NCBI RefSeq assembly: GCF_964204645.1
Contig: NC_134028.1
Span: 2,542,001-2,606,000, forward strand
Length of the DNA stretch: 64,000 nucleotides
Direction: 5' to 3'
Source of the DNA: Tubulanus polymorphus
Taxonomy: Eukaryota > Animalia > Nemertea
Shown: piece by piece, positions 41,637 through 56,781 of the stretch
Position numbering within the stretch: the stretch's first letter is position 1
Layout: every line of letters starts with the position of its first letter
Program-made: the position numbers and the translations under genes
The notes under the pieces: model-generated
What the model saw: the letters and a program-made list of their open reading frames with translations, nothing else
What the model was told of the DNA's origin: nothing
Database searches by the model: none

Positions 41637-44600
41637 TGTTTATCTGTTATTTAGAATACGGAAGCCACATTCCTCTCTTGTCAGTCCTTCTATTTTTCTA
41701 ATCGCTTTACGTAATTGATTATGAAATTGTTTTGACGAGCCTCGTGATTATTATTACTAAGATGTTTGCCTGAATATTTATCAATGATGTTTGTAAGCGA
41801 ATATGATTATCTAACCCCCCAAATGCCTCCCTTGCCTTCTGAATGAGGTATTAGATCTTAGTTGTCATTGAGCAAATATCTATGGTTATTGTATTGTTTC
41901 TAGAATCATAAAATAAGTAACACCTATATTGAGAATTTGATGAATTGTTGTTCTTGTTGATATTATGGTTCATTGAATTGATCAATTGTTATTTCACTGA
42001 CCGTTATGCGGACAGTTATTAGGTTTGGATTATGATCGAATACAGATAATTTATATAATCCATGTTAACAATATCTGCCTACTTGCATGATGATTATGAG
42101 AATTATTTGTTGTCTCTTCGGTGGTTTTGAATTGTAAGTGTGAATTGTACTGCATTGCCATTTTAATGAGTAAAAAAAGAATGAAAAGTGTAACTGTGAT
42201 TCACGTTAATAAATATGAATATAAATGACATTGATTTTCTTAAATCCTTTATTATTTTCAATAGAGGCCAAAACTTCTGGATAGACTACATTTGTTGTGT
42301 CCATGGGCAGATAGGTTCAGTGCTGATTTAGGTATTATTTTGACTGAAATGTGTGACAATGAAGATGTAAAGGAAAATGCTACAAGTTACAACGCGAGAT
42401 AACTGTTAAATACAGATATTTACGTCTGCCTTTGATGTAGATCGGTTTTTACGAAGCACCCCATACTGTAACTGACGCTGAACGGCAATAGATTTATGCC
42501 GTAAGTGATAACGATTATTGACTCGTCGTATTGCAAAGAAGTTTAACCCTTCATAACCTATGCACGCGATGAATAAACTAAAGATCCCCAAAAGCTAATG
42601 ATTTATTGATCCTAAGGATAAACGAATAGACGATATAAGCTGAATCATTCCATGGCGCTTAGAATGACACCACTCAGTCGTTCATCTGTCACAGTTAATA
42701 CCAACGACTCCAGCAGGACATATGCAGAAAATGGAGGACAATATATTGATGATTGAGGAGATCGATGTATACATCATATTCCCACCATATTCTTTTCACA
42801 GGTTAAATTTATTGCGCTCGCCGTAAAATGTTGCTTCATCATCTTAATCCCTTCCTTAACTCTAGCGGGTGCGGGGTGTATTCAGGATAGGCACACTGCA
42901 AAATGTTGACAATCCATTACCAATCCCTCACAGCTGTGATAAGAGCACATTCAGGCTCTAGAGGAAAATTATATCACAAATATAAGAAACACAAGAAAAT
43001 TCTATTCATTTGACATCATTTATTTTACCTATTTCTGCTAGTCTTTCACAACAATATACATGTTTGTATAAGTCTTATTCTAAATCATGTATTTATACAT
43101 TATTATATTCATCTATTATGTATATAATATAGGTGTAAACATCAACTCGAAAATAGAACACATTAATACTCTTTATTGGCTTCAATTTGTTACCAAAACT
43201 TCATCCCCGAATGTTACATATCCAATCTAGAGAGAATTATTGGCTAAGTGGTTGTAGTAGAAGTCATTCCCCCAATATATAGTTCATTAAATATATGGAG
43301 TGTACTTTTAAAATGATCTGCAAGCTGGTTGTATGGAGGCATTTTCTCATTTCTTAAAACCATTTTACTTAAAAGAAGATGTATTTATGTATGGTCTTCC
43401 AACTTATCAAAATGTATGATGAAATGACTGACATCTAGACTAGATAGATTTTGATCAATCACAAAAATACAGACTTCTTTCCTGTTATCCAATGAAATAA
43501 GAAATTGATATTTTTCTATTGACAACCTCGTAGATTCAGATGGTTATCTCTATATATATTTGTAAGAATGATAGATATTTGTAATGGTTACCTCTAACAG
43601 TTTTTCTTTTATATACAACTCTAAAATCAGCTTTTTTATTTTCGATTAGTGCATCGAATATTTCACAAGCCGAGAACCGTACAATTAAGCTAACAAACCT
43701 CGTACAATATCCACTTACATTTAAACTACACTTCTGGCATCATAATCATGCCAAATCCACAAATAGTCTACTAGTCCATATTTTGTGCCTGTTCATGAAG
43801 GCATGTTACAATATCATGGCATACATAGTCTATATTCTAGCATCCTACACGAAATATATTATCATGATAAACCCCTATGACATTAAAGCGGTGGGCCCAA
43901 GTAAATCACTTTCAAATCACAGTCATAGAGTAGGCGAATTCTATAACACATTAGCTTTCCATTTCTTAATTTCAGCAACAACCCGTCCAAATATCCATAT
44001 CACAGAGAATTTCTCCTGATCCCTAGTGACCAAAAAAAAAACAATAAATGGTCTCAGGGTTAGTACTTTATGGTAACAATTGATAACCAGCCTAACAAGT
44101 GAGTGGAATATATCTTAGTAAGGATATTTTCGTACCCAATTTTCAAGTACTAGATATGTGGTTCTCTATCCCGAGTTTAACAGTTCATCATTTTTAGTAA
44201 CAATTCAATAGATTTAGTTAATTTTCCTCTTGAGTGGAGGGAGCAAATCCAATTTCAATACGATACTTTACAATAGATCAGTTTTTAACACCAAACATTT
44301 AATAACAATATTCACATTTGATCATAATATCTCTCCCAATAATGACAGCCAAACATTGAGAACACACATGGTTTTGTTATAACAAAAGGTGACTTATTTT
44401 GAATTCATGGACATTTCGGGATGTGCAATGTAAAATACATCTGTTCACAATGGCTCATTTTTGTACAGATAATATATACTCTGTACTCATTTTCAGTATC
44501 TTAATTGATTCTATTTTGATACACTGATATCAAAACTGCTTTAAAATATTTTTCTGCCGACGCATACATAAACTTTAAATATACATATTTCAATCCAAAT

Positions 44601-46992
44601 GAAACAAAAATCAACAATTTTTTTATCTTAAAAGATTCTGTTAAAACTTACTCACTAAGTTGCCTTATCATCGATAAATTATGGTGTATATAATATGTAC
44701 AGAGGTGGGTAAATCTCAGGAAAACACAATCAATTAAAAACTTGTCAATAATCATTTAGCATATTTGTTTGATCATAATCATGAGTGGATTTTTATCAAT
44801 TAACATTAATAGTAATTATAATATCATGTTTGTAAAATATGAGTGGAGTATACGCAGAGCCTAGCATACATTTCTGCTGTAAACGATCAAGTTTACTAGA
44901 AGCAGACGGATTTATCATCGATCATCATTTTTTGCATGTTAATTGAGTGGGTCAATGTATTACAGGGTGAGCGATAGGAAATTTCATGTCAATTCTTGAG
45001 AAGAACCTCATCGTATTTGCTATAATTGCAGACATGGAATTTTTTTCATTATATTAGATAAGAGAATAATGACTGGTTCACAGAGTCGCGTCGGTATATT
45101 CAGATTTATTGGCATCGAGATGATTAGATTATTCTATTTCAGTGATGTTTCCATTGATGTTTTCTCACTTCATCAAATTTCTATGATTGATTACCGGTAT
45201 ATTGATAAATTAATGCCAGCAATGACTTGAAAAATCGAAGATGATGAAAGGAAGTTTTTTCTTCAAAACCTTATTTAGCTATATGTATATGTAGTATGAG
45301 TTTTAATCACCAATTGTAGGAGCGCCATAAGTCGCGTTACCATCTGAACTTTCTGAGCGCTAAATGGATCTCTAAACAGTTTATGGGTCCATGATTCAAC
45401 AAGTAATCATGCACAAGGCATGATTCATTTTGTCTGATGGAAGATGAAAGAAACTCAATTACATCTTATAAAGAAACTAATTACAAGAGCTGAGCAGATC
45501 GACATGTTGGTACAGATTAATCAAAAGATCAGAAATTTTGTAACCATCTAAGGCTGACATCGTGACCATTTTTGCACCACACTCACAAAAATAACAGCCT
45601 GAAGATTGATGAATTTCTCTAGTGAATTCCTTCAATGAATCTTGGGAGTATTCAAGACTGAATACTGAATAGTTTTGGATGCCAGATACCAATTCATTCT
45701 GCGTTCAGATATACCGATGTAGTTCAAATATTTTCCTTCTGTACATTTGTAGCAGATGTATATGTTAAATATGCCAAGACGCAAGTTATTGCTTATTCAA
45801 AAATCTAGGTAAAATGTAAAATTCGGTGAGCTTGAAATTACTTTTTGTCACAACCATATTACAATACTTCAACAATAAACTCTTTAATAAAAAAAAACAG
45901 TCAGTCGAGTGGATTACACATGAGCAAGATCGCACTAATCAGGCTTTTATAAAGGGCAATACGTACTTAGCAATGACGATAATATCCCTCTAGCAATAAC
46001 ATCTTCTTTCAATGTAACAACCAAGTTATTTCATAGATATTGTGAGAGTGGATTTTTTTATGGCATATTTCATAACATCATTACAACCTTCTCATCAACG
46101 GAGATCATTAATACGGCTTAGAAGCCTATAGCATTGATTCTATTTTATAATATAGAAAATGAAGTCTTACCAGTCTCTTGAAGCACAGCTACCGGCAATG
46201 ATCTATTTCAAAGATCTATACTGTAGATAATATATAAACTGAAGATATTTCATCAATTCTACGAGTGGAATGATTAAGTTGTTATTATACAGGTAGACCG
46301 CATGTACTAATTAAACGTATGCTTTTTACATGTACGTATATCTCATATATGCATATATATATATATATATGTTATATATCTATGTATAATTGCATTGTTG
46401 ATAGGTAAATGTAAATTTTTTCTACTAATGGATACGGATATAAGCTTTCTGCATATTTTTGTCATAGTTTTACAGTAAAAGTTACCATTCTAAAAGGTAA
46501 TATATTCATGCATTCTACTATTGAATGGCCCGCAGTCTTGAATCGAAGAACATTATCCGAATCGCTGACCGATTCTGAGCGGAATAGCAACTGACTGCAA
46601 ATCTTAACTTATCAATACCAGGCCTATTATATCTATACAATACTAAGCTTACATTATTTCATTACCAAATTTCGTTCTATGCATTTGGCAATACACAGAG
46701 CATTTTGGCAAATTTCCTATACACTTAGCGCCACCTATACTCATCTCGTTTGCTTTTATACATTTTTGAAGCACTTGTTACAAATATACAAAACTATGAT
46801 AGTATTATGTACTTATAAGTTCATACATATTCTAGATCTATTGAACTCTGTTGTGCTCCTTTTTGAACAAATGACACCTTGTACCTTCAGTTTGTTTTTC
46901 AAAGCGCCAGATATTCGCACGTTTTACCGCAAAAAAAAAAAACTCTTGAAAAGGATAAAGAATTCATGTAATTCGCTACTCAACCGGAATCA

Positions 46993-49900
46993 TTATAAGC
47001 TCGAAACTTTGTTCGCTTCAGCCGCCTTCGGGCCCGGCTCTAGAGGCTGGTGCGTCGGCGACATATTCATCGGGGATGGCGATGAATCTTCATCTAACAA
47101 ATCCTCTTTCGAGAATTTCAGCGCCGGATTTATCTCGCCGTTCGGGCTCTTACCCTTTGCGCTCATCGATATCATTTCACCGCACGTATCCTTCAACGCG
47201 ATCGTTTCCTCGGGTATATTGACGATGCATCGGAACACGTCGTAACGCCGCGGTAGCTTTCCGTTTTCGAACACGTACTTCAACGGATACGAAACGCCGA
47301 TAATCGTCAAGAAACTAAAGATCATCGACAATGTACGAAACGGAAACAATTGTCCGTCCGTCTCGTTGTAGAACGGGTACAGGATGAACGGTGGCAGTGA
47401 AATCAACGGTTCACCGCCGCCTAGGCGGAAAAATAATCCTATAATGTAACCAGCCAGCGAACCATAAGTGTTACATCCTTTGAGGTAAATAACCGTGACC
47501 AGTTGCGGAAAGAGAATTACGTACACAAGATCGGCACACAATGCCCAAAGTCCGTAGATTGACTGTATAGTGATACCCATCACAGTCGCTAATGCACCGA
47601 CACCAAATATGGCCGCTCTCATGATCCAAATGATTTCTCTCTCAGAGGCCTGCAATTTAAATCATAATCTTAGTCTATATAAGAGTTTTTCCTATTGAAT
47701 CTGTTTGGATCTTAATTTATTCAGATTGTAAATAAATTTTCTCCATGTGAATATATTATACGTTTTTTTCTTTGAATTTTTGTATTTTCCTTTTTTTCTC
47801 TCCTAGTCTGTACTTTTGTATTGAATAAAGACTTTTACCTATCGTACACTAAGTAGAGGGTGATATTCGTTTTTATAGTTACCTTTTGCCGGAAAATCAG
47901 TTTATATATGTTGCGTGCAAACATAGCACTGGCTGATAGAACTGATGAATCAGCTGAAGACATGACAGCCGCCGATACAGCACCGAGGCCTACAAACGAC
48001 ACGGCTGTAGGGCACAAATACTGCAACACCATCGGTAGCACTAATTTGTAATTGTCCGGGTCAAGTGGGATCGGTTGCCCAGTCAAACGATAATCAGTTT
48101 GATTCCAATCTAAAAAGAAGAGTCATGGATCGTGCTATCATTTTACCTCTCAATGAAGCATCGTTTGAGTTTTATATCTTAAAAAATCATGGATTCAGGA
48201 GTAAAAAAGTTTATTCTAATACGGTACCTGTAGACTTTGCAACGGCACCGATGAAAATGGCCGGAATAGCCATAATGATACAACCGAAAGCAGCTACATA
48301 GGAGAGGAGCTGAGCTCTTACAGCCGATTTACAGGATAACACACGTTGGAAATACACCTTAAATACAAACATACCATAGAAATTACTGTCTTTGGTTGAC
48401 ATTTATTTGACTCTGACCTGCATCCAAACATTTATGAGACTCACCTGCCATGGTATACCACCGAATATCAACAAGAGTCCATAGTCCATATAGATTCCTG
48501 TAAGCTTGCTGTCCAAATGCCCAATCCATTGAGGTAATGTTTCACTTATAGGAGTCACTGCCTCGTGAGTCATAGCAAATGGCACTGATAGCCACTAAAA
48601 ATGAAAATAAATACTTTGACTAAAAATACTATAAAGCAAATAAATTTACAGATAAAAATATCGTTTTTACTGAAAGCAAGCTCTGAAGAAAGTGAATGAA
48701 TAACATTACAGCTAGTATCACATTTTATACAGCTACATTATTGTCAGTTTATTTCCTTATAAGGCAGTTTTCTGCGTCATTCGAGCTCACACAACACAGC
48801 TTCATGTACACTTTATGTCTTAACGAAAACTGTTCGATCGACATAAAGCGCGATAAATGAGGCGAACTTAAAGAAATGAGTATCAAGAAACCAAGGATCG
48901 ATTGATAACTGCCAAACGTTACTTGGAAATGCGAACATGCAAACATACAAATGATAATGTGATATATTACAATTATGCTGGATTAAACATGTTCATTCAT
49001 GTTGTGAAAAAAATCATTAAATCAATGTAAATACATCAAACACCACCTCAATTCAACAGCTTAAATTACTATAATCATCCGGTAATGACCAATTAGCGAC
49101 AGGTGACTTGTTAAATACAGGGATAGTCAAACTCCGTAACCCATCACAAGTCATAAAATCACCTTAGGATGCAGATGTTTTTAAAATCTCGTTTTTTCCA
49201 CATTCAAAATGCCTTAAGTTAAAATCTGTCTCTTAGCCATGATTCATATAAACATATAAGTGGTACTAGGATTGGATGTCCCGATTCCCTTTTCCCAATT
49301 ACATATATTTGCCTAATTCACACAGGTCCATTTTCCCATCTCAGTTTTATGGCAGCCGATAGATTTCTCCCGCACATTGAGTAGCAAATGTTGTTACCAA
49401 TTAAAAATCGCTAAGATTTATATGTCGCAGAGAAAATACTAGTTCACACAATAAATAAGCTGCATTTTCTAACTCGTGCATTTTGAAAATTATGTTGAAA
49501 ATATTGCGACTCATGAACAACTGAGAATTCATTTGAATCATATAAATTCGTTAGTTCGCAACAGCAATGAGTTACGCAAATTGACTGCATCTACATCATC
49601 AATGTTCAGATGCCTAAAAAACTCAAATGTTAGAGTTGAGATAAGATGTCAATTATGTCGTAGGCATAAATCGATCAGACAGCATCAACAAATACAAAAT
49701 GTAATACAGTCAAATAGAGCAGCAGATTCACATATAAACCAACAGTAGAATTGCTACTTGAAGAAGTGATAGTCAATACATTTGAATGACTGATATACAA
49801 AAAATCTCGCATGATTTTCATACTGCTATACATCTATATTATATACATGTACCTAACAAAGCTGTTGAAACTAAAGTGAAAATTGAATTGTTTAATTAAT

Positions 49901-51582
49901 GAAGATGGTGGTTAATAGGGAAGTTCTGAAAACATTTAAAAAAATAGCATAGGGGTTATTGAAGAACTTACCAATCCGACCAGAATACAGAATAGCTGTA
50001 CAACATCAGTATAGGCAACTGAGTATAAACCACCGAATAATGTATAAACAATGGCAATTATGGCTGATACAATAACTGCAGTCGTGTTGTTCAAATCAAT
50101 AATGACGGATAATGTTGCACCTAAAAAGATGAACAAAATAAACAACAATGAATATTTTAGCAATACAACATCGATCATAGATCTTACAGTTCACAGTGAA
50201 AGGGAAAATGGCAGAATATTCAAATTTAGTAATCTAGATAAAAGTCGCCACAATGTCACATAGACCAGTGGACGTGTAGTGTCTGGCTGTCTTTCTCGCC
50301 AATGTTGAATCCAATTTCGTGATTAGCTTCTTATCGGGATAAAGTAATTACTTGAACTCTGTGAGGAATACGAATCACGGAATTAGATGCTTACAGCAAC
50401 ACGCTCACACTGTGAATGGTTACCAACAAGCGTGTCAATTCAGTATTTGCGTGTTTCGTTACAGCAAAAACCAATGGGTCACAAATTGTCTAGACTCAGT
50501 TTGATCTCTGTGATTATGACAAAATTTTTGCAAAAAAATCCAAGATTAAGTTTCTAATCAATGAATTATAAGGAAACAGTATTTTTGAAGGCAGATAATT
50601 GGACAGTTACTGGTTAATGTACCAAACATTTAATCTGCTCGGTATCATTAGTTTAGATGAAATTAGAATTTCTGGCTGACTGACTGAAAGTGAAATTTGA
50701 TCACATCAAAAGTCATCAACTATAACGGACGTACGCACCGAGAGCAGACAGAATTGCAGCAGACCAGAAGACTTCTCCTAACAAGGCAGGAATGAATAAC
50801 AAGCCACCCATACGTTCACCATATTTCTGTTGAAACGGATCAAGCATTGTCACGTATCCTTCCGTTCGCATTTTGTTGGCAAAAAATACACCACCTACGT
50901 AATGAAACAAATTAATTCATATTAAATTCTTTGTCAAAATTCCAAATGTTCAAGGTATTTTGATCCGATAAATTGTTGATTCTTTATTCACTGAATTATC
51001 AAGTTGACTTTTGATATCATAGTAAATTCTTAATCAGTCTCAGCGGTCCAAGGTCAATTTCTGATGTGAAGAAAGCCAATAAAATTCAACCTCCGACCAT
51101 GAACTTCAGACATAGGTGAATTGGCCGTGCAAAACATGCCACTTACCAAACACAAGACTTAGAGCATACCCAATCGGAGCCTGACACCATACTAGACCAC
51201 TTGAGACAATGATCTCTGCTGTACCATTAATATAACCACCTCCGACCCATGTAGCTGAAAATACAATCATCCATTTCATCTTAGTTGTAGAATTTCAAAA
51301 CAACTTGCCACTTATAACGACTTATAAAGTACTTTACTTCTCAAAGAAAACATTTTGACATGAATTCTATCTCCCGAATTTTCGTAATTGAATTAAGCAA
51401 TTTGATGTACCTGTCATTGTGAATATTCCAACGATTACACCGATGTTTCTTCCGGCTAACATTACATCTTCGCTGTCCGGGTTGGCTTCCGTACTCTTCG
51501 ACTTTCGTGAGGCCCATAATCCGACGAGTAAGATGAGCACGTAGAAAACAATGATAGCTATCAAGCCAGGAATATTCAGCAT
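46993..51582 (-). CDS. SLC5A7: High-affinity choline transporter (sodium:solute symporter); exons 51582-51411, 51254-51147, 50894-50739, 50120-49972, 48594-48445, 48357-48228, 48109-47883, 47649-46993
   Basis: [94 protein letters not shown]. Confidence 0.96.
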
Positions 51583-52529
51583 TTTGACCACCTAACAATC
51601 AATCTGAAAAATTTCATACGGAGAATAACTTGAGCAAGCACCAAAACCATTTAACGACACGAACAATATCAACTAATTCATTCACGATCTGAATACGCTG
51701 TGTCTCATTACATCATCACACACAATTTACACTTGAGAATTACAAATCTACATCGGAAAACGATTCTTATTCCAGCATTATCAGATCAGCTGAGCTGATT
51801 CCACAGGATTTCTCTGAGGCTCAGCTGTCATTCATAGAAATCTGATAATGACTAGGATCGGATAATCAATTGCTTTATCATAATTTCATCTAACTGTTGA
51901 TGGAATCATTACCACAAGCACTGCAATGAATTGAAAATTTATGAAAAGTAGGAATCCACCACGCTTGTGACCATCTTTAAAATATATTTTTCTTTATTCA
52001 ATGATTTTAAGCTGACCCAATCAAAGATTTAGCTGGTAACTATTTTTCTCCAGCTGTTCAATGAGAGTATATTGGATTTGTGATTTATTCAAATCGTCTC
52101 ACATCAGTTACAAATAAACAATTGTCTAAAGATAGCAGCATTTTCCATTCATAAACAACCGATAATCTGCAGGGAGTTGCAATAAGTAATAGAGAGAATC
52201 ATAAATTCATAGCCGAGCTATTCCGTCATACCAGCTGTCAAAATCCCCACAGCAATCATACCAGCATATCATTTCCTGTTGTCCATAAAAAGAAATCTCA
52301 AAATCATCAATTAAATGACGCAGAAACATAACAAAATGCGCCCACAACTCTATAAGATATTTTCTTTTTATCCGTCAATAATCGTTTAAGCATCGTGACT
52401 CGTGAACTTTGAACGCTCGAACCACGTCCGCCCCCAAAGTACTCACAAAAATTGATCTCGAAGAGAATTCTCTCTTAACATATCGACGATTTGCACCAGT
52501 TCTCTCGCGGCGTAACCAACAGACGACTG

Positions 52530-52543
52530 GTTACCATGGCAAC
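52530..52543. promoter_or_regulatory. RFX X-box GTTACCATGGCAAC
   Basis: Matches GTNRCC-AT-RGYAAC. Lies in a CpG-rich patch about 85 nt upstream of a minus-strand GTGAGT donor at 52446. Confidence 0.55.
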
Positions 52544-52975
52544 CAAGTTGTCGGATGCAGTTGTAGCGGGTGCACGTCGCACGTCGTCGTCGTCGTTGTT
52601 CGGAAAGATGATAAGAGATCGTTCTCTCTCTCTCGTATATAAAATAATCCGTCGTCTGTAGCTTTCATTCGCTCTCCACGAAAAAAAATTATGACAAACG
52701 CACGAAGGAGACGCGAATAGGATCGCTGAAGGGTAAAAATAAACGCGATCATACGGAAACGGAAAATAACCGCTGGTTGCCCCGGCTAAAAACGAATCAG
52801 CATTCGATGATCGTGTTTACTATAATTGAGTTTACCGCGTGAGCAAAAATGAATATTTGCTTCTTACCCCGTGTTGATGTTGATCAAGCATAAATATACA
52901 AGCCAATCCCCTATAGGAGACGTGGCTTCTGATTGACTTCAACAAAACCTTAACCGAATCAATGTTTTGATACTA

Positions 52976-53137
52976 CAGTAGAACTCGCTTAATTCAGATT
53001 GTTCGATCCAGATTTTCACTTGATTTCGGATGAAATAGTCGGTCCATTTAACCTGGAACCACGTAAATTATTATTCATAATTCAGATTTTACTAAATTCG
53101 AATTAAACTGGGCGCAGTCCCCTAGTAATCCCAACTG
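52976..53137. mobile_element. Degenerate Tc1/mariner (pogo-like) MITE
   Basis: TA-CAGTAGAACTCGCTTAATTC ... AACTG-TA, with internal AATTCRGA repeats. Confidence 0.5.
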
Positions 53138-56100
53138 TATAATACATTCATTGTGGAAACTCGAGAGGATTTTTTGGAGGCAGTAAATTTCGGTTCAAAT
53201 AGAATCTGATGATTCATCATACGTTATTATAGAGTTAAACCGATTCTGAGTATCAATTGATTTAATGTCATGTTCGAATTGATTTTGAATTTCATCTTGA
53301 ATATCGCACGGAATCTCTGACAGATAATCAAATGTTTCTAACCGGGAGAGTTTAATTAGATTAAACTTCAGCAAAAGAACTCACATATTTCGTAGTGTCT
53401 AGTTTAAACTATGGACCTGGTAAATACTGAAATATGCCTGATTGATTACAACAACCAAATTTGGAGAAAAGGGACGTAGGAATGTAGTATTAGTTTGTTA
53501 GTTGGTGGATTTATGATAAAGGCCATTACCAAACATATCTAATCAATCAGATAACACGTTTTTTATATATGATGTCCAACTTTCTTTTTTTCTTACAGAA
53601 ATCTACGTGCTCACAGGGTTTCTATATCATCTCCAACATCAGCAAACTGTTTTGAAGCATCCATTTTGTAGGCAAACATCCATCGATATTTACACAGGAC
53701 AGACAGCCGATAGAGATTGGGCAACTAAAATATCATAACACCTCTTACATGGCCCTTGACTTTGTACATACACTATACTATATGGTATATTGTTTATGGT
53801 CTGTATAAAGGTTTTCTTTCAAGACGTCTGCTCTCAGACTGTCTACATATAGTATTTGTCAAAGATCGGTCAATGTCATGTCTGAAAATTGTGGGAAGAC
53901 CACAATCAGTTGAAGCATTCACGTGAACCAATATCACGACGCTGGAAAATAGATAGACTTTTGAACAAGTCCATGGTGGTTCAAAACATCCATTCTTCTG
54001 TCTTTACTTCCACCAAGACATGTTATTTTCCATTTAAGAAAGTTATGAATGGATTTTGATGAACTTTTCAGTAGCGGTTAGAAATGGACCAACAATCAGT
54101 AGAAATAGAGAAACTGGCTTAACAATTCCTGAATGCTTTCTAGCATGAACCAAGTATCTGAATATATCAGAAAAATCGATACTTAAAACCTACAGCAACA
54201 CAAATGCAGAGGATGAAAATTTCACAAACATTGATTGTACTATTGATACCTCACAATCATTGATACTAGTGATACTCTATCAACTATTGACTCACAGATA
54301 TAGATTATCCATAGAAGAATCGATAATCTAATTTCTGACAATGGGAACTAGATGTGTGAAAATTGTCTATAATTCATTCCGATGAGTAAAATTATTGCCT
54401 GCAATGTCTGTTTAAAAATTGTCAATTGTTCAAAGCAATTCCAGTTTATATATACTGTACTTTACAGGTAGTCGTACACATCTTCAAAAGAAGGTGCTGT
54501 AGTCAATGACCCCTTCATCTCTGATAATGTCTGGTGGAAAATTCTCATGGTTTGAACTTTGAAATTTCATGTGTCAAATATGTCAACCATATTTCAGCTC
54601 ACTCTAAACATTTGGCTCAGTACAGTAATGATTCAAGTTGATCGTAAAATAAACTCATATCTCATATCTTTGTTTGGCTGTTAATGAAATATCAAACATT
54701 TTCCTACCATTTCAGTCATACTGTTTTCTTGATGCTCATAATCTGTTAAGAGTCCATGGTGAAGACTTAGCTAAGAATTTTGATAATCTTATCTCAGATA
54801 GAATGAGTCTTTCTATTTGAAGTATGCACTATCAGTATGGGATTTACTATGACGGAACATGTCTGCATACTTCTGATTATACCTACAAAAACCTATGTGA
54901 CTCGGTCAAAGAAACATAAAAGTAGCGATCGCACAATCAATTTTGGCACATTTTTATTGCCAATTTGGCCCGGGCCAAATCATCTCCGTGTGATCACGGC
55001 ATAGATTCTATCTAATGCTAAACAATTCTATAAGGCAATGACAAGGCATTTTGACCTACCTTATCAAGATCTAAACAAATTTTGTGGTGATGATGTAGAA
55101 TTTTTCGTCCTCTTTTGATCAGTTAAGAAACTCCTCCGTCACTAGATTGCTTATGGACGGTACTGCCCATACACATGGCATTCACATGAATGAATTGGTC
55201 AATCAGTACCTTGAACTTTCTAATACTTTATGTATATATATGCAAGCAAGAAACTGATTACCATTCATGAGCGAACGTTTATTCGATTTGATAACCAGAA
55301 CAAGCATCGGAAGACTTAAACCTGATAGCCATTTCATTTCTTTAAACGTGTATAAGTTTGCCGGTCTCGAATCTTAATCATGTATATACTCGCTTTAGAT
55401 TTCCATATACGTGTATTATACTTTATAGACACTGAATTCAATACTTGAATATTTCATAAAAGCCCTAGAATCTTGAACCATACAGAACTTAAAGACTGTT
55501 TTACATTTAGACATATATCAGGATCAGGGAGACATATACCATATCAGTAAAGTAATATTCCTCAAAGGAATAAAGATTAAATGGTATGAAGGCCGACTAT
55601 AACTATGTGTGACACTATATAATGAGTAAACACTATTCTATAGGCAATAGAAAACAAGTTTACATTTTTGAAACACGGTTTCCAAAATGTCAGTAAGTGG
55701 TATATTCGAACGGGAACTTCATTAGAATATATCTAGTTGGAATGAGCGCTGATTGTGGTAAGTGTCCACGAGACTAATAGCTTGTCAATCTCCTTCATCA
55801 ACACGGGACAAGTGTAGCAGTAGCTGTCCTAACCGTCAGTCCACCTGCATAATTTCCTTTTACAAGTAATTAGGATTTGTCCAACAGAGACTTTGCATTA
55901 ACAATGAGATGACACTGAACAATAGCAGAGCCAATGCCTAGACGCCTGGAGGTGAGGATACTGCTGCGAGTAGGAAGCTGTTTGCGTGGGTGGAATTCAT
56001 TAAAACTCGACTATCCCACGTTCACCAACGATCATAATTCGAGGAAATGCATGCATACGATTCATCGCGAGCGCGAAGCAGAAGAAAACAAACGTCGGTT

Positions 56101-56306
56101 ATTTGCATAAATCGATGGCGGATCGGTTGCCATTTATAGTAGCATTCACTCTCCGAGGTCTCTCTCTCTCCTTGTGAATAAGTAAACAACGTCATCAATA
56201 ACCTCATGCGTCGCTCGCCCGGCGTTCCAACTTCGGGAATTCCAATCACCGACGGTTTATCTTTAGCGCGTGGATCATCGGTCGTCGCGACGATGACGAA
56301 AACCCA

Positions 56307-56320
56307 GTCGCCATAGTAAC
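56307..56320. promoter_or_regulatory. RFX X-box GTCGCCATAGTAAC
   Basis: Matches the X-box consensus, in another CpG-rich patch upstream of the SLC5A7 coding exons. Confidence 0.45.
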
Positions 56321-56409
56321 CAAAGTCAGATCCCAGAATCGAATTGAATTGCATCCATTTTCTTCGCAGTAGACAATTTTTATGCCGTGATACCAGACAT
56401 GAACGAACA

Positions 56410-56781
56410 CAGGGTGGCTACATCGACCCATTTACTAATTCCCTCAGCTTTCCTTGATTTTTCTACGTGATTAGACAAAATTCCCAGAGTGAATCAGAGA
56501 AATTTCTAAGTCCAAAATGTTATAATTCATTCATTTTTGATTGAATCATGCACTGATAAAGACACATGTGGTCAAAGACACAAGTGGTCATAGACACATG
56601 TGGTCAAAGACACATGTGGTCAAAGACACATGTGGTCAAAGATACATGTGGTCAATGGCGGTGTCAGAATTTTTCATGTTTTGGGTCAAATTTGTCAAAT
56701 TCACTGAATTTTCCTGATTTTTTTTCTATATTTTTCTGATTCCCTGAATGTTCCAGGTTTCCAGGTCAGTGTTCACCCCAG
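56410..56781. mobile_element. Degenerate CAGGGT-terminus MITE containing a minisatellite
   Basis: CAGGGTGGCTAC...GTGTTCACCCCAG ends and internal TTCCCTG-like repeats. Confidence 0.4.
56558..56655. repeat. 16-bp minisatellite (GACACATGTGGTCAAA) x6
   Basis: Six tandem, near-identical units. Confidence 0.95.
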
